Source: an uncultured Collinsella sp. (GTDB lineage: Bacteria > Actinomycetota > Coriobacteriia > Coriobacteriales > Coriobacteriaceae). Taken from it: 64,000 bases of DNA. Each line of letters opens with the position of its first letter. Positions within the stretch are counted from its first letter, which is position 1. The stretch covers positions 48,572-112,571 of the forward strand of contig CALAMK010000018.1 in NCBI GenBank assembly GCA_937925735.1, given 5' to 3'. Positions 1-10,328 of the stretch are shown piece by piece. The notes beneath the pieces are model-generated. The model was not told where the DNA came from. It searched no databases and was given only the letters and a program-made list of their open reading frames with translations. The translations under genes and the position numbers were made by a program.

Positions 1-1
1 G

Positions 2-3000
2 ACCATTACGGTGAACGGCACTATTGATCTCAAGGGCACGGGCCTGACGGGTTTCACGCAGGATCGTGCAGACGGCTCGCAAGTTTTCTCGGGAACGTTG
101 AACGGTGGCGGCACAAATGGCAACAGCACAATCAACCTTGCCGTCGGCGAGCCGTACGGCATGCGCGGTGAAGCTGTGCTCGACGGCAATGACACGAGCA
201 ACGGCAACGGCAAAATCTACCGCCACGGCCGCTTGGGCTTGTTCGCGGCCGTCAACGGCGCAACCATCTCCAACGTCACAATCGCTGGCTCCATGAAGTT
301 CGATAACGGTTCGGCTATCGATGCTGGGTCGCTTGCGGGCGCCATCGTCGGCAACCTGTCATTGTCTGGCGTAACGTGCAAAACGAATATCGCGTGTGAT
401 GATACGTTCGGCAACGAAGTGAACATTGGTGGTATTGCGGGCAGCGTGTCGGCGGCTTCTACGGTTGCGTTTGAGGGCAACAGCAAGGCCCAGGCGACCA
501 TTGCTGCAACTAAAACGCTTAACGGTAATATGCGCATTGGCGGCGCCATCGGCAATGTGGGCGACTATACCTCGACATTCAATGTTACGCGCCTCGAAGT
601 TGGCGGATCAATCGAAACCGGCAATTGCGCTAGCGGCAAGATCGCACAGGTCGGTGGCCTTATCGGCCGCATTGTGCAGGGATCGAACGAGAAGTACGTT
701 ACCATTACCGGTCTTAGCTTTAGTGAATTTGCTATGACCGTGGGCAAGAACGGCGACAAGCTCAACGGCGCCGGTGGTCTTCTGGGCTACAGCTGGGGCA
801 ACGCCATCGTCACCATTGGCGATGCTGCTGCGAGCGCCAGCGATAACGCCTATGCCCTCAAAACTGCCAACAACACGACCGTGACCGCAAATAGTTCTAC
901 TGAGGTCGGCGGCCTCGTATACGCCGCCAGTGGCCACTGGATCATCAATAATCATGCTATCAATTTGGGCGGAACCTCCTTTGTCGCTGATAGTGCGACC
1001 ACGCTTGGTGTCCTTATTGCTCGAGGCAGTACATCCAATTCGGATAATAGCTTCGGTGCCGAGACCAACTATAACGGTCTATATCTGGAGGACAGGGCTT
1101 GGTGGGGCACCGCTTATGCTGTGGGTGGCGTGTCTATAACCGCCCCAAAGGTAAAGACATACGACGAATGGCTTGCAAATGGCGTTAAACCCAATAGCAA
1201 GCTGACCGATAACGACTGCAATGCGGTTGTCTCGCTCCACACCGAGGCCGATAACCTGGACATGAGCGGTGATCCCACTAAAGACAATAGTTATCAAAAT
1301 CGAATTGCTCCTGACAAGCTGCCACAAACAAACGGTTCTGTTCGCTACTACTACAATCTGGATAGAGCGTTGGCCGTGGTGACCAACTCAAAAAACGATA
1401 ATGCGACTGCAATGATCACGCCCGAACATCTCGTTTTATGGGCAGCGAGGCAGTATGCTCCGAGCGCGACGTACGACTATCTAACGGGCACCAAAGTGTC
1501 TATCTTTACGAACAATGTGATTGGGCTCGATCGAGGCGAACGGAAAGAAATTAATCTGACGGGTTATAGCTACTACCCTTCAAACCCAAACGGCGATAAT
1601 CCGGTGACCGTCCAAAATGTAAATATCGTCTTTTGCTACTCAAGGATAAGGGCAGAGCAGGAGAGTAATAAGAGAAACGACTCGGCTACCCAGCATGAAA
1701 ATATGCACTGCGGCCTTATTCGCACATGCGATAGGAGCATGACGGTCTCGAATGTGACGCTTTCCGGAACAATCGGCAGGGTAAAAGACGATGCCGCGGA
1801 GGAGATGGACCCAGAAAGCGTGTCGGGTGCGCTGGTGCTTCGTTGCGCCCATGGATCGTCTGGCACCGAAATGGCGAATATCAAAATCGACACTCTAACT
1901 CTTGACGGCTTGCAGGTGGATGGGGCGGAAGACAGGAAATATGCTCCGCTGTTGATCAACGCCATTACAGGGTATGTCAACCTGGACGTGAAAAATGTAA
2001 CGACGTCCAATTATGCAGGCACTTCTGGTGTCAATAAAGTTGCAGCTTCCAGCTTGTTTGGCCGATTGGGCTATGACAAAAATTCCGATCAGGTGACGGC
2101 GAAGTTTGAGCGAATCAGCTTACCCAGCCAAAATAGCAATACGATTTTCACCCATGCGAGCCTGCTGGAGAGTTTTGGCTACAAAAGTACGGGCACGGGT
2201 TCTGCAGACTACATCTTTACTAGGGCTGAAGCCGATGCGGGCAAGGTGACCTACGGATCCGAGATTGATGGGAGTACGGAGTACCCGGACAAGCAGCTTT
2301 GGTATTACGATAAGGCGACATATGGCACCAGGGAAGGGTTTGTAAATGTAAAGGGCGAGTCGACGGATGCCGAAAGGCCTTGGTTTAGCGACTATCTTCC
2401 TTATGTAGCCAAGGGAAAAGCCACCGAAAGCGGCGTTCAGTACCACGAAATCAAAGTCAACCAGCGCATCTCTAACCTGATGATGGGATGCGGTACGTAT
2501 GGCGATCCGTACACCGTTAAGGACGCGACGGAAATGTACACCATAGCTAACTACATCAACAACAGCGTGGCGTTGGATGGCTGGGAAGTCACTATTGTCG
2601 CCGATCAGTCCAGACTGTGCGAGCGGCGTAACGAAACGAAGATCGACAGCGCGAGGACCGACAACGAGGTCGTGTACGTCTATAAGCAAAACAATCCAAG
2701 CGAGAGTAAGTGGGAGAAAAAAGTAGACGATACGACCGATCCCTCGCAGACGCTGAGCGACGAAACCATGCACCGCTATGTACAAAGTGCGTATTACAGC
2801 ATTGAGCCTCCTGAGGGCAATAAGATTACCGTCGATGCGGCCTCGTTTGGCGGATTTGGCAACAAGGCTAATCCGTTCCGCGGCGTTATTGTTGGCGACC
2901 CTAAGTCCTCTGAGCCTGCAACAATTGAGATCAAAAACAACAAGGGCGAGCTTCGCGGCCTCATTCCCTATAGCTATGGCAGCGTGGTGCGCAATCTCAA

Positions 3001-6000
3001 CATCAACTATGTGAATGCGCAGGCGACTATTACTTATTCTGAGAAGGATGCGGACGGCGTCCCGACGGCGTTTTTCGGTGGCGTTATCGGCTGCATTCTT
3101 GGCGGCGATAACATTATCGATCACGTGGCCGTTAATGAGACGACGACCGAAAACCCTACAACGGGATTTACCGTCACGGGCGGTGACGACAAGACGCATC
3201 TTGTTCCCATTGGCGGCTACGTCGGTGCCATTGCGGGCGGCGGTGTGATCTTCCGCAATATGGACAAAAGCGGGAAATCTTCCTGGCGTGCTGGAACTGG
3301 TGACAAATCTCGTGGTCTGGGAAAGGGCAACTTTGATCTCTACAACAATCCCTACGTCGGTCGTGTGATTGATGGCTATGCCTTTAGCGAGGGCTGTAAG
3401 GTTGAAAACGGTGACGCTAACTACAAGATTAACCAGCTCGATGTAGACGACACCGGCTGCGTTACCACCACCGATACGTACATGAAATTCAGCTGGGGTG
3501 CCGGCCAGCAAAACAACAAGGCTCCTAAAACTACAGTTAAAGATCAACAGGGCCTGCTCGTGCTGTCTGCCATTATCAACAGTGGCGCAGGTGCCGGAGC
3601 TGCTCATACCGACGTGACTGATGGCAGGGGCACGTATCGCGGATCACATGCGTATGAGGGCAGTAGCGTTCACGGCCTCATCTCCTCGACGGGATACAAG
3701 TTCGGAAATGAACGGTATGGCAAGGTTCGCAATGCGAATTACGCTGCGGTCGGAAAACCCGACGATGCCGACGCAGCGAGAGATTTCGCGACTTCGGTCA
3801 ACGATGATCTCAAGGCGCCGGGCAACCAGAACTACCAAGGTCCGCTGGACGGCAAAGACGGACAAGATATCAACTCGCCTTACTTGGTTAAGAAATATGC
3901 GACCGATTGGCGCACTGGCTATGTGTGTGCGATGGGCGTTTGCGGCATGGATCTGCAGTTTGAGCAAGGCGTGACCTATGATATGACGAATTACGGCTCG
4001 GGGTTCTTGGGTCTTTCGGGCCGCTATTACTCAAACGCATGCGCGACCGACAAGAAGGTCAACGACAAAGATTTCATCACCCCGGGTATCGCCACTGTCA
4101 AAGGCAACGGCGCAACAATCAAAGTGTCAAACAACGCGCGCGAATACGTGGATGACGACTACTGCGTGGCAGGCGTAGGCGGTCTGTTCAGCACTATCAA
4201 GTTCTACTCGAATGCATTCAATAAGGGAAGCATCGAAGCGAATGACAACGCAAACGTAAACAATCTCAACTTCAGCGACTGCAACATTTCGCTTACCTAT
4301 GTAACTTCCAATGGGGCAGAGCAGTCCACGTCGACGAGCAATACAAACAGCGGCTCGGTGGGAGTCGGCTGCCTTGCGGGCTCAACGGCAAACCAGGGAG
4401 TTTATGACAAGGTTACCTATGGCGTGTTCAAAAACGTCGGCATTTCTAACAGCACCGTAGTCGGAGGCTGCACGGCTGGCGGCCTCATTGGAAGTGCTGG
4501 CCTTATGTCGCGCAGCACCGATGGCGCCAACGGTTCGATTGTGAATTATGGGGGAACGTCCTCTCCTGTGCAGCTCCACGACTGCTCATATACCGACCTT
4601 AACGTCACGGGAAAGAAGAACGTTGGCGGCTACGTGGGTACGGTTGCCTCGGCGTGCGGCGTGTGGACAACCGCGGCCGAAGGAGTGGGCGAAAAGACTG
4701 TTGGCGCGAACTCGACCATAACTGCTACGGGACTAGCCTCAGAATGCCGTGCGGGCGGTGTGTTCGGTTATACCTCCAGCAACGTATCGGTGAACACCAA
4801 TATTGGCACCACGGTAGCCGCCGCATCGAGCACGGCGGTCATCTCCAAGGTCGATGTGCTCATCACCGGAGAGACTGCGGGGCAGTCGGAAGAACAATTG
4901 AAAAATATGGGTGCCGGCGGCGTGGTCGGAAACGCCTATAGCGGTGTTATCTCCATGAGCAACGTGCGCATTGAAGCCGGAGGCGGCACCGAGAACGCCA
5001 CTATTGGCGATAAGACCGGAAAGAATTCGAAGATTCGCAATGCGGGCGGCCTGATCGGGAAGGTTACGAGCGGTGGTAGCGGTTCCAACGCGTACTGGTT
5101 CAAGGACTGCGGCGTCAAGAATATCAACATCGCTGGCACCTACCAATGTTCAGGCGGGCTTATCGGCTACTACTTCAGCAATTTGGGCATAGCCTGCAAC
5201 AACATCGCAATTGAGGGCGCTACGATCAAGGGCAGCTGGAGCGGCGGTCTACTTGGCGCGATTAACAGAGGTTCCGACGTCATCGACGTCACCAACACAA
5301 AGGTTTCTAACACCACGTTTGGCGGAACATCCAACGGTGGCATCGCGGGCGACGGCCGCGGCCAGTTTCATCTGGTAAACGTGCTCATGGACAGCAATAT
5401 CTATAAATCTGACGCTAAGCAGGGTGTGCTCTTGGGCGAGGTCGACACAGGCGGCTATAGCCTTTCCGCAGCGGGCGTGGACGTAAAACCCGGCAAGGGC
5501 AAGACCACGAGCGACCTGCCGCCGATGGTTTACACGACCAATACGGCTGCGGTTAACAAGAAAACCTACATCGCGTTCGGAGACTACAACGACAGGCTCG
5601 ACGTACCCGGCAAGGACACCACACTCTACGGTGCGGACGATGCCGCCACAACGGCGGCAAGCCCGTACGTGACTACGAGCCCCGTGAGCACGCTGGCGGT
5701 GCGTGCCTCCAACGACGACACCACTGATCGCTATCTGTTTGGCGACGGTGTCGCCATTGACACCGCGACGACCATCCAGAGCGAGGCAGGCACCAGTGTT
5801 GCCGGCCGCTACACCTATACCAATATCGGCGGCATCAATGATGCCGGCGCGTACCAAAACACGAGCACCTATAGCGCGGACAGCCCAAGGCCCACTTTCA
5901 ACACCAACAACGTTACTTCGGGCAAGAAGGCCGCAACCGACTTCCCTGTACTCATGATTCCCGGCAACGACACGACGACGGTCGAGAAGTATCTGAACAT

Positions 6001-8311
6001 CGTGACTAACGGCGGCTTTTCCGATGCCCGCCGCCTCAACGGCAGCGCCAAGCACGTGACCGCCACCGCCGAGGTCTTCTCGCTTGCCGATAACGGCGCC
6101 TTCGTCAAGGACGCAAACGCCTCGCAAACGCCCACGCTCAAGGTGCTCAACAACGGCACGAGCTCCATGGTTTTCCGCGCGAGTACCGACTGGGACAACG
6201 AGCGGGGCCGCTTCACGCTGCTCACGGTCACTTTTAGCGAGGCCGGCCAGATCTACCGCGTGCAGGTGCCCATTATCGTTAAGCGCATGCTCGAGATCGA
6301 CTTCACCGCTACCTATTCCGAGGGCGCGAACTTTAAGGCTTCCGACTTTGAGACTAAATACGACAAGCACGTGCTTGTGAGCAGCGGCGATACCATGACC
6401 GGCTACCTTACCTGGACCTATGGTAGCGCCCGGGCCAAGCCAGTCGCTTACGGCTGGAACACGCTGCTCGAAGCCGGCGGCTCCATGGGCCCGCTCAACA
6501 AGAGCATCACCTTTGGTGCCACGCTGCCCGAGGGCACGCAGCTTACGCTCGTGGACACTGCTCATAACAACTGTGAATACCACTGCACGGTCGGCGCAGG
6601 CGGAGCGGCGTCGGTCAAGCTCACCGACTTTGTGGATGCCGGCAACAATGCCTACGTCGAGCCGTGGCTGAGCGAAATCGTGGGCGTGAAGGCCGATGAG
6701 GCCAAGGAGGACAAGCACGGTGCCTGGGTCAAGCTCGCCAATGACGAGGTCAAGGGCAAGAGCCAGGCCGAACTCTCGAAGATGGCTGGCGCCAAGGTCG
6801 ATGGCGCGTACTACCGCGCGCGCACTTCTTCCGACATGACGGGCACGTTCTATACCCTCTCCGTTGCCGAGGAAGAGCCCAAGAGTGAGAACTTCTACTT
6901 GGTGGTGCGCACGCCGGCGGGCTCTGCGGGTGTCAACGGCTACACTGCAACTACGGTGGACACGAGCCTCAACGAGCACATCAACTACCTGCTGCGAGGC
7001 AAGAAAGCAGCCGACGGCAAGGCTGCCGAGGATGGGCACCAGAATACGCCCTCGACCTATAGCGTGGCATCAAACTACACGCACAGCCTCGTTGACAACA
7101 AGCGTAACCTCGTCGACAACAGGGACAGCATCAGCCGGATGGAGCTCAAGGAAGCCACCTATTCGCTTTCCATGAACGTGAGCGACACCGTGACGTTTGA
7201 CTCGAGCCAGCAATACACGAGCTCTGACGCGCTGTATTATCAGCTCGATTCGTCGCTTGTCACCTATCACGATGGCGTCATCGCGGGCTCGGTAGGATAC
7301 CCCACGGGCACGCAGGGCACGTATGAGTTCTACGTTAAGGTGGGTGATAACTACTACACCTGGGGCGGGTCGGGTTGGAATCTGGCCGGCACGAAGGAGA
7401 CCCCAGTGGTGTCGGGCCTTAGTTGGACTGCGAACGGTGGCGACATGTCACTGGTGCTTGCCGATGCTGAGGGTAATCCCATCGACATGTCGGGCCTGCG
7501 CGAGATCGCCAAGAACCATGTCAACGCCTTCACCGTTACCATGAGGGCCGCGCTCACCATGACGGAGCCTGCCTGCCAGGCGGGTATCGTGGCCTCGCAG
7601 AACAGCGGCGCCGACCGCTACACCAAACCCAACTACCGCGCGTACCTTTCCACGCATGCCGACACGCTCAGCACCAGTAGCAACTCGGCATACAACGATG
7701 GCGGCGCCGGCTACTACCGTATGGATGTGGGCTCATCGACCATCGCGCTCGAGGCGTCTAAGAAATCCCAGTTGGGCATCAACATCGATGACCTCAAGTC
7801 CGCTGACGGCGAGATCGCTCTGGTGGGTACCTACGACCTGAGCAAGCTCACGGGCGCCGAGGCTAAGATCGACGCCGCAAACACGGTGACCTACACGCTG
7901 AGCCTGGAGCAGCGGCAAGATAATGGCGGCTATGCTCCGGTCGGCGATATCTCGAACTACATTACGGTGCTCGGCAGCGATTACCTAGGCACGGGTGCGG
8001 CATCCGCCGACGGCAACAGCTATGTGTTCACCGACACCAAGACCAACGGCGCGTTCCTCACGCGCGACGGCAACAGCCTCGCCTTTAAGCATGCCTTCCG
8101 CGTTAAAGTGAATACGAATGTTGAGGGTGAGAACCAAACTTACGCAAACTACCGCTTGGTGCTTACGGCCAATATTATGACCGGCAACGTTGTCGACGAC
8201 ACACCGGTCAACGTTAGCAACCTTGATGGCTATTCGCACTCCGACTACGTGACGTACACGCTAGCGCGCATCAACACCGAGGGCATTCGGCACGAGACGA
8301 AAACCAACTAG
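2..8311 (+). CDS. giant secreted/surface repeat protein, 5'-truncated by window edge (at least 2766 aa); GLUG-motif-like / parallel beta-helix-type Gly-rich repeats
   Basis: Single uninterrupted ORF from window edge to 8311. Protein is dominated by repeated GGLIG/GGIAG/VGGxxG motifs and N/T/S/G-rich composition typical of beta-helical adhesin/GLUG-type repeats. No LPXTG or other sorting motif at C-terminus. Frame continues upstream of position 11, so the N-terminus lies outside the window. Confidence 0.6.
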   Translation, partial: TITVNGTIDLKGTGLTGFTQDRADGSQVFSGTLNGGGTNGNSTINLAVGEPYGMRGEAVLDGNDTSNGNGKIYRHGRLGLFAAVNGATISNVTIAGSMKFDNGSAIDAGSLAGAIVGNLSLSGVTCKTNIACDDTFGNEVNIGGIAGSVSAASTVAFEGNSKAQATIAATKTLNGNMRIGGAIGNVGDYTSTFNVTRLEVGGSIETGNCASGKIAQVGGLIGRIVQGSNEKYVTITGLSFSEFAMTVGKNGDKLNGAGGLLGYSWGNAIVTIGDAAASASDNAYALKTANNTTVTANSSTEVGGLVYAASGHWIINNHAINLGGTSFVADSATTLGVLIARGSTSNSDNSFGAETNYNGLYLEDRAWWGTAYAVGGVSITAPKVKTYDEWLANGVKPNSKLTDNDCNAVVSLHTEADNLDMSGDPTKDNSYQNRIAPDKLPQTNGSVRYYYNLDRALAVVTNSKNDNATAMITPEHLVLWAARQYAPSATYDYLTGTKVSIFTNNVIGLDRGERKEINLTGYSYYPSNPNGDNPVTVQNVNIVFCYSRIRAEQESNKRNDSATQHENMHCGLIRTCDRSMTVSNVTLSGTIGRVKDDAAEEMDPESVSGALVLRCAHGSSGTEMANIKIDTLTLDGLQVDGAEDRKYAPLLINAITGYVNLDVKNVTTSNYAGTSGVNKVAASSLFGRLGYDKNSDQVTAKFERISLPSQNSNTIFTHASLLESFGYKSTGTGSADYIFTRAEADAGKVTYGSEIDGSTEYPDKQLWYYDKATYGTREGFVNVKGESTDAERPWFSDYLPYVAKGKATESGVQYHEIKVNQRISNLMMGCGTYGDPYTVKDATEMYTIANYINNSVALDGWEVTIVADQSRLCERRNETKIDSARTDNEVVYVYKQNNPSESKWEKKVDDTTDPSQTLSDETMHRYVQSAYYSIEPPEGNKITVDAASFGGFGNKANPFRGVIVGDPKSSEPATIEIKNNKGELRGLIPYSYGSVVRNLNINYVNAQATITYSEKDADGVPTAFFGGVIGCILGGDNIIDHVAVNETTTENPTTGFTVTGGDDKTHLVPIGGYVGAIAGGGVIFRNMDKSGKSSWRAGTGDKSRGLGKGNFDLYNNPYVGRVIDGYAFSEGCKVENGDANYKINQLDVDDTGCVTTTDTYMKFSWGAGQQNNKAPKTTVKDQQGLLVLSAIINSGAGAGAAHTDVTDGRGTYRGSHAYEGSSVHGLISSTGYKFGNERYGKVRNANYAAVGKPDDADAARDFATSVNDDLKAPGNQNYQGPLDGKDGQDINSPYLVKKYATDWRTGYVCAMGVCGMDLQFEQGVTYDMTNYGSGFLGLSGRYYSNACATDKKVNDKDFITPGIATVKGNGATIKVSNNAREYVDDDYCVAGVGGLFSTIKFYSNAFNKGSIEANDNANVNNLNFSDCNISLTYVTSNGAEQSTSTSNTNSGSVGVGCLAGSTANQGVYDKVTYGVFKNVGISNSTVVGGCTAGGLIGSAGLMSRSTDGANGSIVNYGGTSSPVQLHDCSYTDLNVTGKKNVGGYVGTVASACGVWTTAAEGVGEKTVGANSTITATGLASECRAGGVFGYTSSNVSVNTNIGTTVAAASSTAVISKVDVLITGETAGQSEEQLKNMGAGGVVGNAYSGVISMSNVRIEAGGGTENATIGDKTGKNSKIRNAGGLIGKVTSGGSGSNAYWFKDCGVKNINIAGTYQCSGGLIGYYFSNLGIACNNIAIEGATIKGSWSGGLLGAINRGSDVIDVTNTKVSNTTFGGTSNGGIAGDGRGQFHLVNVLMDSNIYKSDAKQGVLLGEVDTGGYSLSAAGVDVKPGKGKTTSDLPPMVYTTNTAAVNKKTYIAFGDYNDRLDVPGKDTTLYGADDAATTAASPYVTTSPVSTLAVRASNDDTTDRYLFGDGVAIDTATTIQSEAGTSVAGRYTYTNIGGINDAGAYQNTSTYSADSPRPTFNTNNVTSGKKAATDFPVLMIPGNDTTTVEKYLNIVTNGGFSDARRLNGSAKHVTATAEVFSLADNGAFVKDANASQTPTLKVLNNGTSSMVFRASTDWDNERGRFTLLTVTFSEAGQIYRVQVPIIVKRMLEIDFTATYSEGANFKASDFETKYDKHVLVSSGDTMTGYLTWTYGSARAKPVAYGWNTLLEAGGSMGPLNKSITFGATLPEGTQLTLVDTAHNNCEYHCTVGAGGAASVKLTDFVDAGNNAYVEPWLSEIVGVKADEAKEDKHGAWVKLANDEVKGKSQAELSKMAGAKVDGAYYRARTSSDMTGTFYTLSVAEEEPKSENFYLVVRTPAGSAGVNGYTATTVDTSLNEHINYLLRGKKAADGKAAEDGHQNTPSTYSVASNYTHSLVDNKRNLVDNRDSISRMELKEATYSLSMNVSDTVTFDSSQQYTSSDALYYQLDSSLVTYHDGVIAGSVGYPTGTQGTYEFYVKVGDNYYTWGGSGWNLAGTKETPVVSGLSWTANGGDMSLVLADAEGNPIDMSGLREIAKNHVNAFTVTMRAALTMTEPACQAGIVASQNSGADRYTKPNYRAYLSTHADTLSTSSNSAYNDGGAGYYRMDVGSSTIALEASKKSQLGINIDDLKSADGEIALVGTYDLSKLTGAEAKIDAANTVTYTLSLEQRQDNGGYAPVGDISNYITVLGSDYLGTGAASADGNSYVFTDTKTNGAFLTRDGNSLAFKHAFRVKVNTNVEGENQTYANYRLVLTANIMTGNVVDDTPVNVSNLDGYSHSDYVTYTLARINTEGIRHETKTN

Positions 8312-8318
8312 CTACGCG

Positions 8319-8356
8319 AGGGGCGGCAACCACCCGGTTGCCGCCCTTTTTCTTGT
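8319..8356 (+). terminator. rho-independent terminator of the giant gene
   Basis: GGGCGGCAACC-ACC-CGGTTGCCGCCC hairpin followed by TTTTTCTTGTT, 8 nt after the stop. Confidence 0.8.
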
Positions 8357-8387
8357 TCGCTTGGCCTACTGCTGCCCCAGCTCTCCA

Positions 8388-8490
8388 CCAACTTTCCAGC
8401 TGTCCACTTAACTTACCACTCAAGGTGGAAAGCTGGAAAGTTAAGTGGAAAGCTGGTAAGTTAGGTGGAAAGTTGGAAAGTTGGGAGGTT
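8388..8490. repeat. structured ~80-100 bp repeat, copy A (imperfect palindrome plus iterated GGAAAG(C/T)TGG units), overlaps RBS/start of downstream gene
   Basis: Sequence ccaactttccagctgtccacttaacttaccactcaaggtggaaagctggaaagttaagtggaaagctggtaagttaggtggaaagttggaaagttgggagg. Left arm is the reverse complement of the right arm (CCAGCTKTCCACTTAACTT...). GGAAAG unit repeated 5-6 times. About 92% identical to copy B at 9993-10074. Confidence 0.85.
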
Positions 8491-8494
8491 CGGC

Positions 8495-9964
8495 ATGAAT
8501 GAGGAGTGGTTGGCGCAGGTCATCCATCATCTGCGGACAATAGGAAACGACACCCAGCAGTACGAAGTAAAAGAAGCCAAGGGCGCGCTCCCCAAAAGCA
8601 TCGTCGAGACGCTTTCGGCATTTTCCAACGCGCAGGGCGGCTTTATCATCCTCGGCATTTCCGAAAAGAACGGGTTTATGCCCGTCGAGGGTTTTGATGC
8701 CCGCAAGATGCAAGACGCCCTCTCTTCTGCATGTGAAGAGCTGACGCCCGTTGTGAGGCCGGATATCCAAGTGCTCCCCTTCGAGGGTAAGCTGGTGCTT
8801 TGCGCGCGCATCAAAGAAATGCATCCACGCGATAAACCCTGCTATATTGCGGCACGCGGAATGTACGATTCGTCCTTTATCCGTACGGGCGACGGCGACC
8901 GGCGCATGACTCCCTACGAAATCGATCGCTTTATGGAGGAGCATGTTCAGCCTACATACGACGACGAGCCGGTCGAAGGTGCCACGCTCGATGACCTTGA
9001 CGCCGATCTTTTGCAAGGGTTTATAAAACGCCAGCGCGAGCTACACCCTAGGCTTTTGGGCACCAGAAGCGACGATGAGATTCTTCTTGACCTGCATGTG
9101 ACCAAAAGGGTGGACGACGCAATCGTGCCGACGCTTGCTGCAATTGTCGCGATGGGACGGTTTCCGCAAAAGTTCTTCCCACGTCTCAATGTGACCTTTA
9201 CGGCGTACCCCGGGACCACAAAAACGCAGCGAGTAAGTGATAACAAGCGTTTTGTGGATTCTCAGACCATTTTGGGTCCGATCCCTTTCATGATTGAGGA
9301 CGTGCTTGCCGCCGTTGCGAGAAACACCCGAAACGCAGCGGTTATCGAGGGCGCGTTCCGGAAAGATGTGCCCGATTATCCGCCCGTGGCGCTGCGCGAG
9401 GCGGTGGCGAACGCGCTCATGCACCGCGACTACTCTTCCGCCGCGCGCGGCTCACAAGTGCAGGTCAACCTGTATATCGACCGCGTCGAGATTCTCAATC
9501 CCGGCGGGCTGTACGGCGACGTAACGATCGATTCGCTGGGAGTTTCTGGGGTTTCGTCATCCAGAAACCAGTTCCTTTCAAATATCCTCGAGACCACGCC
9601 GTACCCAGACGGTGGCTACGTGGTCGAAAATCGCGGCACTGGTTATCAGGAGATAGGTGAGCAGCTCGAGCGGGCAAACATGTCGCCGCCCGAACCAAAG
9701 AACTCGACAGTTTCTTTTTCGTTGACGTTCGATAAGCGAAAGATAATGCGGGCGGAACAGGTGACGTCTGTGGGGCATGTGGACGAGGCAATCTTGGATT
9801 ACCTGGCAACACATTCTTCGGCTTCGACCAAGGAGCTCACCGACGCTTCGGGTTTGAGCAGGAGCGCCGTTTCCAACCACATAAAAGGCTTGATTGGTGC
9901 GGGCAAGATTGAGGCGATGGAGCCTCCGCGCAGCCCGCGACAACGGTATCGACTCGCGAAGTAG
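8495..9964 (+). CDS. Schlafen/AlbA_2 (divergent AAA) domain + HATPase_c_4-like + C-terminal winged-helix putative DNA-binding ATPase/regulator (the family often mis-annotated RecG-like)
   Basis: Start ATG 8495 preceded by GGGAGG. N-terminal pattern ...VKEAKGALPKSIVETLSAFSNAQGGFIILGI... matches AlbA_2/Schlafen-like domain. C-terminal HTH-like segment (...LDYLATHSSASTKELTDASGLSRSAVSNHIKGLIGAGKIE...). The ORF-track start 8465 lies inside the repeat. Confidence 0.7.
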   Translation: MNEEWLAQVIHHLRTIGNDTQQYEVKEAKGALPKSIVETLSAFSNAQGGFIILGISEKNGFMPVEGFDARKMQDALSSACEELTPVVRPDIQVLPFEGKLVLCARIKEMHPRDKPCYIAARGMYDSSFIRTGDGDRRMTPYEIDRFMEEHVQPTYDDEPVEGATLDDLDADLLQGFIKRQRELHPRLLGTRSDDEILLDLHVTKRVDDAIVPTLAAIVAMGRFPQKFFPRLNVTFTAYPGTTKTQRVSDNKRFVDSQTILGPIPFMIEDVLAAVARNTRNAAVIEGAFRKDVPDYPPVALREAVANALMHRDYSSAARGSQVQVNLYIDRVEILNPGGLYGDVTIDSLGVSGVSSSRNQFLSNILETTPYPDGGYVVENRGTGYQEIGEQLERANMSPPEPKNSTVSFSLTFDKRKIMRAEQVTSVGHVDEAILDYLATHSSASTKELTDASGLSRSAVSNHIKGLIGAGKIEAMEPPRSPRQRYRLAK

Positions 9965-9992
9965 GGCTGTCCGTCGCCCATGCTTCGGTCTC

Positions 9993-10074
9993 CCAACTTC
10001 TTTCCAGCTTTCCACTTAACTTACCACTTAAGGTGGAAAGCTGGAAAGTTAAGTGGAAAGCTGACATGTTAGGT
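9993..10074. repeat. structured repeat, copy B (direct-orientation copy of 8388-8490)
   Basis: cccaacttctttccagctttccacttaacttaccacttaaggtggaaagctggaaagttaagtggaaagctgacatgttaggtg; same orientation and same internal palindrome as copy A, beginning 29 nt after the stop of the Schlafen-like gene. Confidence 0.85.
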
Positions 10075-10328
10075 GCGGACTGACGAGGGGTTAATAATTG
10101 CACAAACCATACCAGCCAAACAAAAAGATACCCATCTGGTTGGTAAAACACCGTCAATGAGTCGCGAGCCAACTAGCTGCGTAAATAAAGCCTAAAGAAC
10201 CGTTGCAAATGAATGGCAAATACCCAGATGCCGCTGTTACGATTTTCAATTAACTGTTACGCGGGAACAGCAAAATGCTACTATCTAACAAGCACGTAAG
10301 AAAGCAGATTAACGGTTAAGGCTAAGAA

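Noticed and set aside
2120-7039. Long antisense ORFs (2120-3607, 495 aa; 5249-7039, 596 aa) inside the giant adhesin gene
   Set aside because: Arg/Ala/Gly/Val-rich translations typical of the non-coding strand of a high-GC gene. No RBS or domain features. The plus-strand ORF is continuous and repeat-structured.
8441-10172. ORFs 8441-9016(-), 9837-10172(-) and the 8465 start of the plus ORF, which translate through the structured repeats (peptides like HLTFQLSTLSGKLSGKL)
   Set aside because: These are just translations of the ~80-bp repeat copies. The real start of the Schlafen-like gene is ATG 8495 with a GGGAGG RBS.
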